IMG/VR virus record: IMGVR_UViG_3300012663_000802
Span: 1-63,942 of that record
Origin: a virus
Lineage: Duplodnaviria; Caudoviricetes
DNA length: 63,942 nucleotides
Direction: 5' to 3' (one strand)
This document shows positions 19,742 to 29,844 of this stretch, in pieces. The position numbers and the translations under genes were made by a program. Under the pieces are notes generated by a model. That model ran no database searches, was not told where the DNA came from, and was given only the letters and a program-made list of their open reading frames with translations. Each line of letters begins with the position of its first letter. Position 1 is the stretch's first letter.

Positions 19742-20374
19742 TTATGGAAGCTTTTTTGCTGTGTTTGCTGCAGTTAGATCAGTAGCGTAGCTTACGTCAA
19801 ATCCTTCGTGTACAAGTTGCATTTCTTCAACCATAAGGCTGTTAGCTCCTGCATCCATGTTACTGTAGGCTAGTGATGTAATCCATGCGTTGTAAACCTT
19901 AAAACGCAAAGATGTGTGCTGCTCGTATGGATTTGCCGCATCTTGAGTAGTTGATCCAGAGCCCTTGTACCCGGCTGGGTTTGGGTGGCTTAGTACCTGG
20001 ATGTCTAGGTTGCAACGGAAGTTTGATCCAATGCCGCTAGTGGCAGAAGGAGTCATTACTGCAAACAAACGCTTCATCCAAAGAGAGTTACCAGTTTGTC
20101 CAAGCATTACGCCCTTTGATAGGCTGATTGGAGTAAAGGATGACTGCCCAGGAATCTGGTGCATGTTTGTATTGTATCCGCCTTCACGGTATGCGATAGA
20201 CTCTGTGTTAACACTTAGTCCAGACAATGATACGAAACCCATTGTTCCAAGACCACCTTTCCAAGTGGTACTGTCACCGTTTGTAGGTGTGAAGGTAACA
20301 AGGAACTTAAAATTACGAACTGGATCCGTAATTATGTTACCATTTTGAATTTCATTACTTAGTGTACTTGTCAT
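19742..20374 (-). CDS. tail tube protein (T4 gp19-like family)
   Basis: DPVRNFKFLV, GFVSLSGL, YREGG, ISLSKG, VYNAW, EEMQLVHEG. Confidence 0.93.
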   Translation of the reverse strand: MTSTLSNEIQNGNIITDPVRNFKFLVTFTPTNGDSTTWKGGLGTMGFVSLSGLSVNTESIAYREGGYNTNMHQIPGQSSFTPISLSKGVMLGQTGNSLWMKRLFAVMTPSATSGIGSNFRCNLDIQVLSHPNPAGYKGSGSTTQDAANPYEQHTSLRFKVYNAWITSLAYSNMDAGANSLMVEEMQLVHEGFDVSYATDLTAANTAKKLP

Positions 20375-20389
20375 TTTTATTTATCTCCT

Positions 20390-22156
20390 TTACGCTGTTG
20401 CGTTTCCTGTTAGTTGTCCAATTCTGATGACAACAAACTCTGCTGGGTATTGTAAGGCTACGCCTATTTCAATATTTACTCGACCATTTTGAATATCTGA
20501 CCAAGTAGTTGTAGTCTCATCAACCTTTACAAAATAAGCTTGGTCTGGAGAGTTGCCTCGAAGACCACCCTGTTGCCAGTAGTTAAGCAGGAAGTTTCCA
20601 ATTCCTGTACTTAGGCTGTCCCATAAACGAGAGTCGTTATTCTCAAATACAGCGAATGCGCTAAGATCTCTAGCTTGCTTTTCGATAAATGTTAAAGAAC
20701 GACGTACGTTGATATAACGGTTACCAGGTGAGTTGTCCATTGTGCGTCCTCCCATAACAACAATTCCAGCGCCAGGGACGTTACGAATTGCGTTGATTGG
20801 GTCGGAGTATGTGTTGATATCATCAAGCTCTGCGTTAGTAAACAAGTGCTCAGTAGAGACTGCAAGAGCAATCTTGTTACCTAGACCTGCTGGAGTCTTG
20901 AATACTCCACGGCTCTTATCTGTAGCTAAGTATTGACCAACCATTGCAGCACCAGGTGCCTGAGCACGAACTGCTCCAGGGATCTTATTGCCGTCTGGGA
21001 TATTAACCCATGGGTAATAAGCAGCTGCAATGTTTCCAGTTGTGGATGCTGCAGCAATTGCCATAGTAGCTGTTACTTGAGCCTTAGCTGCTGTAACAGA
21101 AAGACCTGAAGGAGTATCTACAATAACAAATGAATCATCACGTGACGCCGCATAAACCATAGCATCTCCATGAATTTGAGATGTTAGTGTCGATGTAGCT
21201 GCGTATGGTGCATCAGCTGCGTAGATAACTAGTGGGTTTTGAACTGAATCAAATGATGTCCAAGCAGCAGAGTAATCTGCACGTACAAGAGCGGCACCGT
21301 CAGCACCACCAGAAAACGCAGTAGCTGCAGTAGCTGCAGTGTATGGCGTAGCTGTAGTAGAGATTCCTGATGCAGATACTCGTACAAGACTTGATGTTGT
21401 ATCAATTACGGACTTGAAATAGTACTTATCGGTTGAGGTCATACTTAGATCTGTAAATGATTCTACTAGGTTTGTTGCTGAACCTACTGTGTAGTAGATG
21501 TTTAGACCAAAGCGGCCTGCAACACCTGCTGGTACTACCTGTGCTGAGTATGCAGTGGACCATGTTCCAGCGTTGATAGCGTTAAGTGTAAATACAGGTG
21601 TAGCAGTGATTGTAACTGTAGCTGAAGCTGTAGCACCTGTTACGGCTGTACCGGTTGCAGCATTTGTTACTGTGAACTGTGTTGCTGATGCAGATGCAAT
21701 AGTTACACCTGTTAGGTTAAATGCAGCTGTGCTAAGACCTGTAATAGTTACTGTCTGTCCAGAAGCAAATGTGTTTGCAGCTGTGTATGTAACTGTACCT
21801 GATGCTGCAGATGCTGCAGTAACAGTAGCTGTAAGTGTCTGAGTTGATGCAGCTTGGTTAATAAATGTGATGGTTCCTGGAAGTGCTCCAGCACCAGTGA
21901 TACGACGTACGACCAATGATCCTCCGCCATTTGCGAAGAAATTGTATGCAGCCCATGTTAATGGGTAGGTGTCATTTAATCCGCCAAATGTCTTCACAAA
22001 GTCTCCCCAAGATTGAATCAACTGAGGATCAGTTGCATCACCCTTGGAAAGAGCACCTGCCATTGCGCCTACTGAGGCGCTAGTATCTGGCAAGCCAACT
22101 TGCTGTGGAAGAGACACTTCTTGGACATAGACGCCTGGGCGACTGAATGTTGCCAT
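20390..22156 (-). CDS. tail sheath protein
   Basis: RPGVYVQE, AYYPW, RGVFKTPAG, RYINVRR, FENND, PAEFVVIRI. Confidence 0.95.
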   Translation of the reverse strand: MATFSRPGVYVQEVSLPQQVGLPDTSASVGAMAGALSKGDATDPQLIQSWGDFVKTFGGLNDTYPLTWAAYNFFANGGGSLVVRRITGAGALPGTITFINQAASTQTLTATVTAASAASGTVTYTAANTFASGQTVTITGLSTAAFNLTGVTIASASATQFTVTNAATGTAVTGATASATVTITATPVFTLNAINAGTWSTAYSAQVVPAGVAGRFGLNIYYTVGSATNLVESFTDLSMTSTDKYYFKSVIDTTSSLVRVSASGISTTATPYTAATAATAFSGGADGAALVRADYSAAWTSFDSVQNPLVIYAADAPYAATSTLTSQIHGDAMVYAASRDDSFVIVDTPSGLSVTAAKAQVTATMAIAAASTTGNIAAAYYPWVNIPDGNKIPGAVRAQAPGAAMVGQYLATDKSRGVFKTPAGLGNKIALAVSTEHLFTNAELDDINTYSDPINAIRNVPGAGIVVMGGRTMDNSPGNRYINVRRSLTFIEKQARDLSAFAVFENNDSRLWDSLSTGIGNFLLNYWQQGGLRGNSPDQAYFVKVDETTTTWSDIQNGRVNIEIGVALQYPAEFVVIRIGQLTGNATA

Positions 22157-22208
22157 TTAGTTTTACTCCTTTAGGTTAGGTTATTTTCTTAAAGTAACGG
22201 GATTGTAG

Positions 22209-22820
22209 TTAGTTTGTGGGGGTAGTAAACGAGGTTGTTTGCCACGTTAGTTCGATATTAGGGTCTGTTAGTACTTGGTAAGCTGGGACGAACTCATCGG
22301 TAAATACTTCTGCACTTACACGAAGATTGTAGACATTGCTAAAAAGGCGCTTACCGCCCTCATTAGTATCTCTTTTTGAAAACCCTAGGAGATCCATACG
22401 ACGCCATGTGCTATCTTCTGGGATCCAGAGTTGTCCAAATCTGTACGGTATTCTTACTGGGCTTAGCATAGCAGATAATATCTGTCTATCGTGCCGTGGT
22501 TGACGAGACCAAGTAGATACTTGATAATATAAATCTAAAGGTATAGGCATGTTTACCATCTTTTTAGCGTCGCCAGTTTGGGTTGTGTTAATGCCTTCAG
22601 GCGTATAGGTAAGTGGCACGTAACCTCTGTGGGCACGCTCACGGTCCTCTGACACACCAATCAAATCAATGGTGATATATGGGTAGGTCTGGCTACGGAT
22701 ATCTTTATCAGGGTGTCCGTAGAACACAGGAACAGGACGCGTAGGGTTTCCGCTATCTGATACAGTCAATCCACTAAGGCGACCTTTTAATGCGGCGTCT
22801 TCATTTATAAAAATAGACAT
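22209..22820 (-). CDS. tail terminator / completion protein
   Basis: Directly upstream of sheath; YPYITIDLI, PLDLYYQVSTW pattern. Confidence 0.65.
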   Translation of the reverse strand: MSIFINEDAALKGRLSGLTVSDSGNPTRPVPVFYGHPDKDIRSQTYPYITIDLIGVSEDRERAHRGYVPLTYTPEGINTTQTGDAKKMVNMPIPLDLYYQVSTWSRQPRHDRQILSAMLSPVRIPYRFGQLWIPEDSTWRRMDLLGFSKRDTNEGGKRLFSNVYNLRVSAEVFTDEFVPAYQVLTDPNIELTWQTTSFTTPTN

Positions 22821-22822
22821 GG

Positions 22823-23098
22823 TTACTTACCGTTCCTATCTATCATAAAGGAACGAATAGCTGGAGATAGGGGTGTGTCTGGAGTGCCATTCTCAATATC
22901 CATAACACGGTCATCAGAATAGGTGATTATATGTCCGCCATCTTTATAGCGCATGTTAACACTGTTTACAGCTTCTGGTGTCCAGTTAGGCATAGATGCG
23001 ATACGTGAACGCATTATCTGCTCATAGGCAGCGGTGAGCTTCTCTTCTTGCTGACGTATAGGTTGCAGCAGCATTGCTTTCCATGAGGCCTTACCCAT
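22823..23098 (-). CDS. putative neck/virion protein
   Basis: Operon context; IENGT motif seen in neck proteins. Confidence 0.5.
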   Translation of the reverse strand: MGKASWKAMLLQPIRQQEEKLTAAYEQIMRSRIASMPNWTPEAVNSVNMRYKDGGHIITYSDDRVMDIENGTPDTPLSPAIRSFMIDRNGK

Positions 23099-23252
23099 TT
23101 TTTGTGAGCCACTTCGCAATGATATATCCTGCCACTAAACTTCCAACGACTTTCTTACCGCCGTTTTTATTTAGGTTGGAAACACCACGAACGAACTCAA
23201 CTTTGTCGGCATCCGTTTCTTCACGCAGGATGCGATTAGTAAGGTTAATCAT
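23091..23252 (-). CDS. small hypothetical protein
   Basis: GGAGG Shine-Dalgarno before ATG at 23252. Confidence 0.6.
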   Translation of the reverse strand: MINLTNRILREETDADKVEFVRGVSNLNKNGGKKVVGSLVAGYIIAKWLTKNG

Positions 23253-23328
23253 AAATCCTCCAATAGAGGTGCAAGGGTGTAGCTGCAGGGTTCCAGATTT
23301 CTCTGGCGTCATAGGATATCATAAACGA

Positions 23329-23352
23329 AAAAGCCCCCTTGCGGGGGCTAAC
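23329..23352 (-). terminator. intrinsic terminator
   Basis: AGCCCCC-GCAA-GGGGGCT followed by a T run on the minus strand. Confidence 0.8.
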
Positions 23353-23355
23353 TCG

Positions 23356-23496
23356 TTACTTCTTTTTCTTTGCTTTACACGACTTGCACGTACCGCAGGT
23401 ACAAGGCTTTTTCTTATCAAACTTTTTATTAGCCTTAGCTAATGTCTTCTGGCCATGCTTATTCTTAGGCATTCCGCAGCCACAGGTAGCGCACAT
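23356..23496 (-). CDS. 46-aa Cys/Lys-rich protein (not in ORF track)
   Basis: MCATCGCGMPKNKHG...KPCTCGTCKSCKAKKKK; TAATG coupling upstream and terminator downstream. Confidence 0.75.
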   Translation of the reverse strand: MCATCGCGMPKNKHGQKTLAKANKKFDKKKPCTCGTCKSCKAKKKK

Positions 23497-23705
23497 TATT
23501 TCTTACCTTTCGTATGAGGGTTCTTTTTATGCCAATCCTTGGTTGCCTTTTCGCCTTCTTTGACGGTCTTGGCCCCAGCTTTCTTGGTCAGATTAATCTT
23601 ATCATACTTGCCGGCCTTAGCGCTGGCAGCATGATCCACAATTACTTCGCCTTTTCTGTTCTTCCTTACAACGTGGTCTGCCCCACCGGCTTTAATCTTA
23701 GCCAT
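23496..23705 (-). CDS. small basic protein
   Basis: Lys-rich 69 aa, TAATG coupling at both ends. Confidence 0.7.
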   Translation of the reverse strand: MAKIKAGGADHVVRKNRKGEVIVDHAASAKAGKYDKINLTKKAGAKTVKEGEKATKDWHKKNPHTKGKK

Positions 23706-23947
23706 TATGCAGGACAAATTGTAGTAACAGTGCCTGAAGAACCCCTGTACTTTAGAGCCCCAGCCTCTACGTAGAGGATTCCCCCACCTGTCATATTGAC
23801 GGTAGGTGCAGTGGTGTTTGTCAGACGTACTGTTCCAGTAAATGTTGGACTAGCCTTGGGGGCTTTTTCTGTGTCTAACGTTTCAAGAGCAGCGTTAAGA
23901 CTTACGTCCCAATTTAACTCACCTTTAGTTGGTTTAATTAATGGCAT
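23705..23947 (-). CDS. small fibre-like protein
   Basis: [12 protein letters not shown] fibre motif; [21 protein letters not shown]. Confidence 0.7.
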   Translation of the reverse strand: MPLIKPTKGELNWDVSLNAALETLDTEKAPKASPTFTGTVRLTNTTAPTVNMTGGGILYVEAGALKYRGSSGTVTTICPA

Positions 23948-24579
23948 TAGTAGCCGTATCCTTCCGTGCCGTAGTATCCATCTCCGTAACCTTCATGTAC
24001 GAATGGAGCCCAATTTTGAGAATTAAGTAGTGCATAGTATTGGAACTGAGTGTCGTTAACCATCTCTTCAGGGTTAACCTGAACACATTGAACGTTAACT
24101 ACAGTATATTTATCGCCCAAAAGACCGTCTAACCCAATACGTATAGGAGAAAATACTCCATCTCTAAAGACAATTCTATCTCTTAAGTATAGGTCTGGGT
24201 TGGTAGTTATTGTAGACAAGCGTCTAATATTTTCTGCCACAGTACCGTATAAGCTTACAGCGTTTTCTATAACGTCCATATTAAAAATAATGTTCAGCGT
24301 ATCTGTGTTATAGAAACCTCGTTGGTCATAAACAGATGTGCCTTGATCTAGGTTTGCACTGATTGCGGGAACGCTAACTTTTGGTTTCCACATGCGCCCG
24401 CCACCAATACCATCAGCGCCTACATCATATATAGGGTCAATAATACTGTTGACGTTGTCATAGATATACCAATCAATAGATGTACCTACGGTGTGTACTA
24501 GATCTTTAGTTACTCCAGAGATGCTGGAGGTACGCTCAAAGTCAATACTAAATCGACCCTCACGCTTGTCTCCACGCAT
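23947..24579 (-). CDS. putative head closure / neck protein
   Basis: Structural operon context; beta-rich, [10 protein letters not shown]. Confidence 0.55.
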   Translation of the reverse strand: MRGDKREGRFSIDFERTSSISGVTKDLVHTVGTSIDWYIYDNVNSIIDPIYDVGADGIGGGRMWKPKVSVPAISANLDQGTSVYDQRGFYNTDTLNIIFNMDVIENAVSLYGTVAENIRRLSTITTNPDLYLRDRIVFRDGVFSPIRIGLDGLLGDKYTVVNVQCVQVNPEEMVNDTQFQYYALLNSQNWAPFVHEGYGDGYYGTEGYGY

Positions 24580-24588
24580 TTTATCTCC

Positions 24589-24804
24589 TTATTCAGTAGG
24601 ACGGCTAAACGTTCCTGTTTCTGGATCATAGATGTCACCTTGTAAAACTGTGTTTATTCCACGATCTGTAATATTAAGCACCAATGGTTCGCTTAAAACA
24701 ATTGCGGCCATGCGATCATCTACAAAAATTGTTTGTACAACTTTGTTATCAATAACATATGCCACAATATTAGGTGGCAATACTCTGGTAGGTTCTGTTG
24801 TCAT
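24589..24804 (-). CDS. small fibre-associated protein
   Basis: AYVIDNKVV...GDIYDPETGTFSRP resembles small fibre-chaperone proteins. Confidence 0.6.
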   Translation of the reverse strand: MTTEPTRVLPPNIVAYVIDNKVVQTIFVDDRMAAIVLSEPLVLNITDRGINTVLQGDIYDPETGTFSRPTE

Positions 24805-24807
24805 GTG

Positions 24808-25056
24808 CTATTCCTCTATCTCTTCTTTGTATGAAATTCGTATTGACTCCCACTTGTGTAGTGGGCAAGACGCGTTTGGTAACTTTACTTTTTGAGACAT
24901 AAAGCAGCCACACTCTTTACAGTTTCCCGTAGGAAGTAAAGATGGACACGCCTTGCAGATAGCAAGACGCGCCTCAGCGTCTAAAGTATCTACTCGTCCC
25001 AGGTTTTTATTATACAGGTCCCAAGGCCTAGCTGGACGGTCATAGGGTGTGCTCAT
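24808..25056 (-). CDS. Cys-rich small protein (DUF6171-like)
   Basis: RLAICKACP...CKECGCFM..K...CPLHKW. Confidence 0.7.
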   Translation of the reverse strand: MSTPYDRPARPWDLYNKNLGRVDTLDAEARLAICKACPSLLPTGNCKECGCFMSQKVKLPNASCPLHKWESIRISYKEEIEE

Positions 25057-25066
25057 ATTATGCCCC

Positions 25067-26071
25067 TTAGTTTGGTGATGCCGAAAAGTTATCGACTGAA
25101 TGTACGCCGGTATTTGTAGCAGGTACTTTAATAATACCAGGTTTTGTGCCAGTATTAGGCGTTGTTTGGGCAGCAGAGTATGTTGCAACTACTACGGTTC
25201 CGTTGCGAGCCGTATAGCTCAAAGTGTTGCCTGATGTAGTAACAGATATTTTATTTGCCGGGGAATCTGTATTTGTAGCGTTGATCTCTGTTATTGTTCC
25301 TGCAACAGACCTTAAAACTTTTATTTGATGCTGGGTAGCTGTGCCGGTTTGAGTACAAGAATAATCACTACAGCATGTGTATGCGGTTGAGCAGCAGCCG
25401 CAGTTATTAGTGTCAGCTACGGCGTTACCACATGGATAGGTATCTCCGACGCAAAAAGTCTCGTAATAACAATTATATTGCCAATCTACACAACTACCAT
25501 ATGAGTCATAACTTGCGCAGTAGCCGTCGCAAACATATATAGTTACATTTGTACAGCAGTTATTTGTATCTGCTACGGCATTACCACAGGCACCGGCGCA
25601 AGTATAGCTACTGCAGTAGTAGCAGGTGTCACAGGAGGTACAGGTACCAATATATTGAAAGTTATAATTATAGTTTGTCGTTACTACAGCCCACCAGTTA
25701 TTAGCATCAACACCCCAAACTACTACGCCAGTATTGTACAAAATGTCGGCTGATACAACCATATTTGATGAACCAAGCTCAACTACAGCAAGAGGGTAAG
25801 ATGAACCAGCTGTATTGTCTGTAGCATAGCCGGTGGCCACATACCAAGCACCTCTTAATATAGACCAGGTGTTTCCGGTATCTGTGTTTCCTAAATTACC
25901 GGCAGATGTAGTTCTAGTAAATGAGTCAGTAATAGATGCTAAAAACCACAGCTTCCAAACACCGCCTACCTTAACATAAGCGCTTTTTACCGTACGCCAA
26001 CTTCCAGATACCTTAGTGTATACCGCAGGTACAGATTTCCAGGTACCCGCTACTTTAACACGGCCCGCCAT
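25067..26071 (-). CDS. tail-associated beta-rich protein with a 20-Cys insertion
   Basis: N-terminal KVAGTWK/KVSGSWR/KVGGVWK repeats, DSFTR...DNFS beta-sandwich-like ends, central Cys-rich block. Confidence 0.7.
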   Translation of the reverse strand: MAGRVKVAGTWKSVPAVYTKVSGSWRTVKSAYVKVGGVWKLWFLASITDSFTRTTSAGNLGNTDTGNTWSILRGAWYVATGYATDNTAGSSYPLAVVELGSSNMVVSADILYNTGVVVWGVDANNWWAVVTTNYNYNFQYIGTCTSCDTCYYCSSYTCAGACGNAVADTNNCCTNVTIYVCDGYCASYDSYGSCVDWQYNCYYETFCVGDTYPCGNAVADTNNCGCCSTAYTCCSDYSCTQTGTATQHQIKVLRSVAGTITEINATNTDSPANKISVTTSGNTLSYTARNGTVVVATYSAAQTTPNTGTKPGIIKVPATNTGVHSVDNFSASPN

Positions 26072-27363
26072 TATGCGTACACAAGCCAGACATCCCCATC
26101 TATACCATTACCAGATACTGGAGTAGTCGTAGATGTGTGGATATTACGAACTACAGCTGACGATGTTGACGCTGTTGTTACTGTGCCGTTTGTTTGATTT
26201 ACATATGGTGTCGACAGTGTTGCCCAAGTAGCGGTAGTTCCGTTACTTGTTAGTATCTGGCCGTTAGATCCAATACCAATACGACCTACTGTAGCGCTTC
26301 CAGTTCCCACAATTAAATCACCGGCTGTGGTTACAGTTGAAAGTGGAATTTTAGTGGCATCTACTGGGGCACCCCATACAACAGATGTTCCACTCATAAC
26401 CAAAGCTTGTCCGGATGATCCACGAGCTAGTCGAGCAACAGTAGCGTTTCCAGTACCGAGGATTAAATCGCCAGCTGTTGTTACTGTTGATTTAGGGACT
26501 GCTGCATCAGCTGTTGCTTGTGCTGTTGTAACGTTTGAGTTGGTTGTGGTAAGTTGAGCTGCTGTTACAGCAGGAGCTGCCCAGGCAGCTGTTGTTCCGT
26601 TAGAGGTAAGTATGTGACCATTAGTACCAATACTTAAACGTCCTACAGTTGAAGAAGCTGTACCTAGGATTAGGTCTCCAGCCGCTGCAACTGTAGATAG
26701 AGGAATCTTTGTAGCGTCTACCGGAGAACCCCACACAACAGATGTGCCGCTCATAATTAACGCTTGACCAGTTGTTCCACGAGCAAGACGTACTACAGTA
26801 GCGTTTCCTGATCCAAGGATAAGATCCCCTGCTGTTGTGACTGTAGATAGAGGGATTCTTGCCTCAGCTGCTGTTTGAGCTGTTGAAGTTGCAGTAGTTA
26901 AAGCTACATACTCTGTGCTTCCCACGTATAGAACATTGTTAGTTCCTACTTTAGGAATACCTGAGGAGTCTAGGTTGAACCCTAGTACTGCTCCAGATGA
27001 GTATGATTCAAGAAGGTTTAGACTTCCTGTTCCTGTTTGAAGCACAAGAGCTTTATTAGAGGTGGTGGTAATAGTGCTTCCACCAGTTTTTAAAACGTAA
27101 GGTACGTTAGGAACGCCATTAACAAGACCAGCTTCAATATTAAGAAGGCGAGCACCTACTGTGCCCCAAGTTGTTGTTGCTGTGCTCCATGTACCTGAGA
27201 AGGTAGATACCAGTGGGTTGGTGCTATTTGCTGAGCTACCCAGTACTGTTTGAACAGCTGCCACTTCATACTGTAGAGCGTTTACGTTATCAGCAATAAC
27301 AGTATCTACTAGATCCTGTCGAGGGCTAAATGAGTGAACTAATAACGGATAGTCTGCTGGCAT
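26071..27363 (-). CDS. tail fibre protein with four ~50-aa repeats
   Basis: PxSTVxxAGDLIxG...GxxL...W repeated four times; C-terminal GIDGDVWL. Confidence 0.8.
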   Translation of the reverse strand: MPADYPLLVHSFSPRQDLVDTVIADNVNALQYEVAAVQTVLGSSANSTNPLVSTFSGTWSTATTTWGTVGARLLNIEAGLVNGVPNVPYVLKTGGSTITTTSNKALVLQTGTGSLNLLESYSSGAVLGFNLDSSGIPKVGTNNVLYVGSTEYVALTTATSTAQTAAEARIPLSTVTTAGDLILGSGNATVVRLARGTTGQALIMSGTSVVWGSPVDATKIPLSTVAAAGDLILGTASSTVGRLSIGTNGHILTSNGTTAAWAAPAVTAAQLTTTNSNVTTAQATADAAVPKSTVTTAGDLILGTGNATVARLARGSSGQALVMSGTSVVWGAPVDATKIPLSTVTTAGDLIVGTGSATVGRIGIGSNGQILTSNGTTATWATLSTPYVNQTNGTVTTASTSSAVVRNIHTSTTTPVSGNGIDGDVWLVYA

Positions 27364-27435
27364 GTGTGCTCCTTAAGATTAGGGTCTTACTATACTATAA
27401 AAATCAATGTATTGCCTCTGGATACCTAGCTAAGC

Positions 27436-28206
27436 TTACAGGTCAGAGTCGTAGTTTGTCAGGTCTTCCCGCCTCATTTGCCAATGAAAGGTGGATCCTA
27501 CCTCTTGACTGTTGTAGCACAGGTGGGTACTTTGCGGGGTTATGGTGTAGCAGCCAAAATCAAATTCAGCCGATTCCTTAAACCAGAGCCAATCTAAGGG
27601 CAACTTGATGCTTCTTTTTTTCACATCATCTAAAAGCTTTTGGGCACCGGTGCGGCTTAACATGTATCCAGTATTAGACCAGTTCTGATAAGCCTTGGAT
27701 ACGTACATGTTGCCTATGCCATGCTTGTTTGGATCATATAGTGATAGGTCTCCGGTAGGTGCCCATAGGTGAAATTGATCCCAGCCTTCAGGCAGCTGCT
27801 CCATGTACATCTCAAGCAACTTCTTACAATCCTCTATTAATACTATGTCATCCTCAGCAAGAATAAGGTAGTCTGCGTCGGTCTTTAAAAAGTTTTTCCA
27901 AGCAACCCAATTGCTAGCCCACACACCCAGCTCACCATATCTCCAACCCACCCTACAAACTGCACCTACAAACTGAGACCTATGGTCCATATACTTAGCT
28001 GGGCTGTACCCCTTAAGATCAACAATCTCTTTGAACTCAGGGTTCTCATCAAAGAACTTTTTAAGTGCTCTTGGTCCTGAGATTAATACTGTAGGGGTAT
28101 CAAGCTCATCCCCAATATATTGAAGCTTGTGGTTTGCCTCACGCCACAGCTGTTCTCTATCAACGTCCTTGTCTGAGTGAAAGACCTTATATACAATATT
28201 AGTCAT
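27436..28206 (-). CDS. glycosyltransferase family 25-like
   Basis: GELGVWASN..AW, LILAEDD, GYMLSRTGAQKLL, LPLDW. Confidence 0.85.
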   Translation of the reverse strand: MTNIVYKVFHSDKDVDREQLWREANHKLQYIGDELDTPTVLISGPRALKKFFDENPEFKEIVDLKGYSPAKYMDHRSQFVGAVCRVGWRYGELGVWASNWVAWKNFLKTDADYLILAEDDIVLIEDCKKLLEMYMEQLPEGWDQFHLWAPTGDLSLYDPNKHGIGNMYVSKAYQNWSNTGYMLSRTGAQKLLDDVKKRSIKLPLDWLWFKESAEFDFGCYTITPQSTHLCYNSQEVGSTFHWQMRREDLTNYDSDL

Positions 28207-29039
28207 TTTTTTTCATACTCTTTTTCTAACAGATTAACAAATGCCAACGGGTTACGCAGACTTTCCCCAACATCTACTCCCCACTCACTGTAGGGTCCGC
28301 TTAGGTCCCATCTTTTCTGTGAGCTTTGAAAGCTAGATTTGATATGCGGCACAAGACTGCACGGCATATAGGCTGTAGGTAGGACAGTGTAAACTTTAAA
28401 TACATCCAGTCTTTTTAAGATGTGCCAATCTACAGGTAGATCAATAGGGTTGACTTGTATCTCTGAGTATAGTTTGGATGCAGCTTTCTTGTTTATCACA
28501 TAGCAGGCATTAGACCAGTCTTGGTACACCTTAGATACATGCTCTTTGTTAATGTGATGCTCGTTTGGTTTGTAAAACACGTGGGTTGAGGGGTCTACAA
28601 AAAAGTAGAATACTTCCCAGTCTTCTGGAAGCTCATCCATGTAGGTATGCAGGGTCTGCATAAAGTCATCTTGTATAATAAGATCGTCTTCAAATAGGAT
28701 AAGGCAATCCTGTGGGGCGTTTACAAATGCTTTCCAAGCAAGAAAGTTACTAGCCCATACTCCAATCTCTCCATACTTCCAGCCATCTCTTTTAGAGAAC
28801 TTTTTAATAACTTGAGATTTAGAATAGTGCCCAGGGTTGTACCCTACAAGATCTATATTGAAATCCGGGTTTGCTTCTAACCACTCCCAACATTCTTTTT
28901 TATTAGTAAGAGAGATAGTGGGGGTCCCCAAAGGGGTAGTGATCTTACCCATATAGTCATGTATCTTTTGAGCATGTTGTTCACGCTCAGGGTTTCCCTT
29001 TACACTGTTTACTGTGTAGGTAAAAGAATAGAACGCCAT
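28203..29039 (-). CDS. glycosyltransferase family 25-like (paralog)
   Basis: GEIGVWASNFLAW, LILFEDD, CYVINKKAASKL, LPVDW. Confidence 0.85.
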   Translation of the reverse strand: MAFYSFTYTVNSVKGNPEREQHAQKIHDYMGKITTPLGTPTISLTNKKECWEWLEANPDFNIDLVGYNPGHYSKSQVIKKFSKRDGWKYGEIGVWASNFLAWKAFVNAPQDCLILFEDDLIIQDDFMQTLHTYMDELPEDWEVFYFFVDPSTHVFYKPNEHHINKEHVSKVYQDWSNACYVINKKAASKLYSEIQVNPIDLPVDWHILKRLDVFKVYTVLPTAYMPCSLVPHIKSSFQSSQKRWDLSGPYSEWGVDVGESLRNPLAFVNLLEKEYEKK

Positions 29040-29040
29040 T

Positions 29041-29472
29041 TTAAATAGGGCTTACTGGCCAGTTAATCTCCTGAGGAAAGCCCTCTTGGTCTGTAATGTC
29101 TAGTAAATCTTGACGGTACTTTGCAATAACTGCTTGTTGTTCAGTGCTGTAGCTAGCCCAACGAAGTGGGTTAGACACCACAACATCTACCTCTTGAAGC
29201 AAAAGGACTCTACGATTCCTTGCAAACTCGGCTAATTCTTCATTGGTTGGAGGAGGTGGAGGTGTGAACTCAGCAATAGGCCCAGCTGCACCACTCATGA
29301 TTTGCTCATAGACCCATTGGCCTGTGGCTGCAACATCACCATTAACCGCTACATAGCCTACGGCTTCTGTCTTTCCATCCAATGTTAGGTCTACAATGCA
29401 CTGAAAGCGCTCATCAGATCCTTCAATCAAACGCATTACGTCTCTTACATTACTTAGTGGATTATTTTCCAT
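29041..29472 (-). CDS. tail fibre assembly chaperone (Tfa-like)
   Basis: ARNRRVLLL...YRQDLLDITDQEGFPQEINWP. Confidence 0.88.
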   Translation of the reverse strand: MENNPLSNVRDVMRLIEGSDERFQCIVDLTLDGKTEAVGYVAVNGDVAATGQWVYEQIMSGAAGPIAEFTPPPPPTNEELAEFARNRRVLLLQEVDVVVSNPLRWASYSTEQQAVIAKYRQDLLDITDQEGFPQEINWPVSPI

Positions 29473-29481
29473 TTTATTCTC

Positions 29482-29844
29482 CTATGCTACTCGTACTACA
29501 AAAGCTTGCGATAAACCTGATCCTCTAGAAACCCAAGTACCTGCGTATATAACATCATACCCTGTGGCAGAGGTCTGTAGAAATGGTTGGATATACCCAA
29601 CGTTACCATTGTAAAGACTGCTATGCCCATTAAGACATGGCCCTGAATATGTTCGCCCCCAGCCATCTAAAGGAATAGGATTTGTTCTTGAACTATAAAT
29701 TTGAGTGTCTACCAAAAAGTATGTCCCAATATTAAAAGCAGAGGCGTTGGTAGCGCCATTCCCGTCTATAACTCTATAAAGGCCAGATTGTTGTGTAGTT
29801 CCATCATTATAGGTAATAAAATTACCATTTACTGTCATAGTCAT
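29482..29844 (-). CDS. stand-alone fibre-tip protein, paralog 3
   Basis: N-terminal TVNGNFITYNDGT, C-terminal GTWVSRG...VRVA. Confidence 0.7.
   Translation of the reverse strand: MTMTVNGNFITYNDGTTQQSGLYRVIDGNGATNASAFNIGTYFLVDTQIYSSRTNPIPLDGWGRTYSGPCLNGHSSLYNGNVGYIQPFLQTSATGYDVIYAGTWVSRGSGLSQAFVVRVA

Noticed and set aside
6183-22820. Bacterial contractile injection system or tailocin
   Set aside because: Capsid, portal, terminase and replication genes are present, so this is a phage
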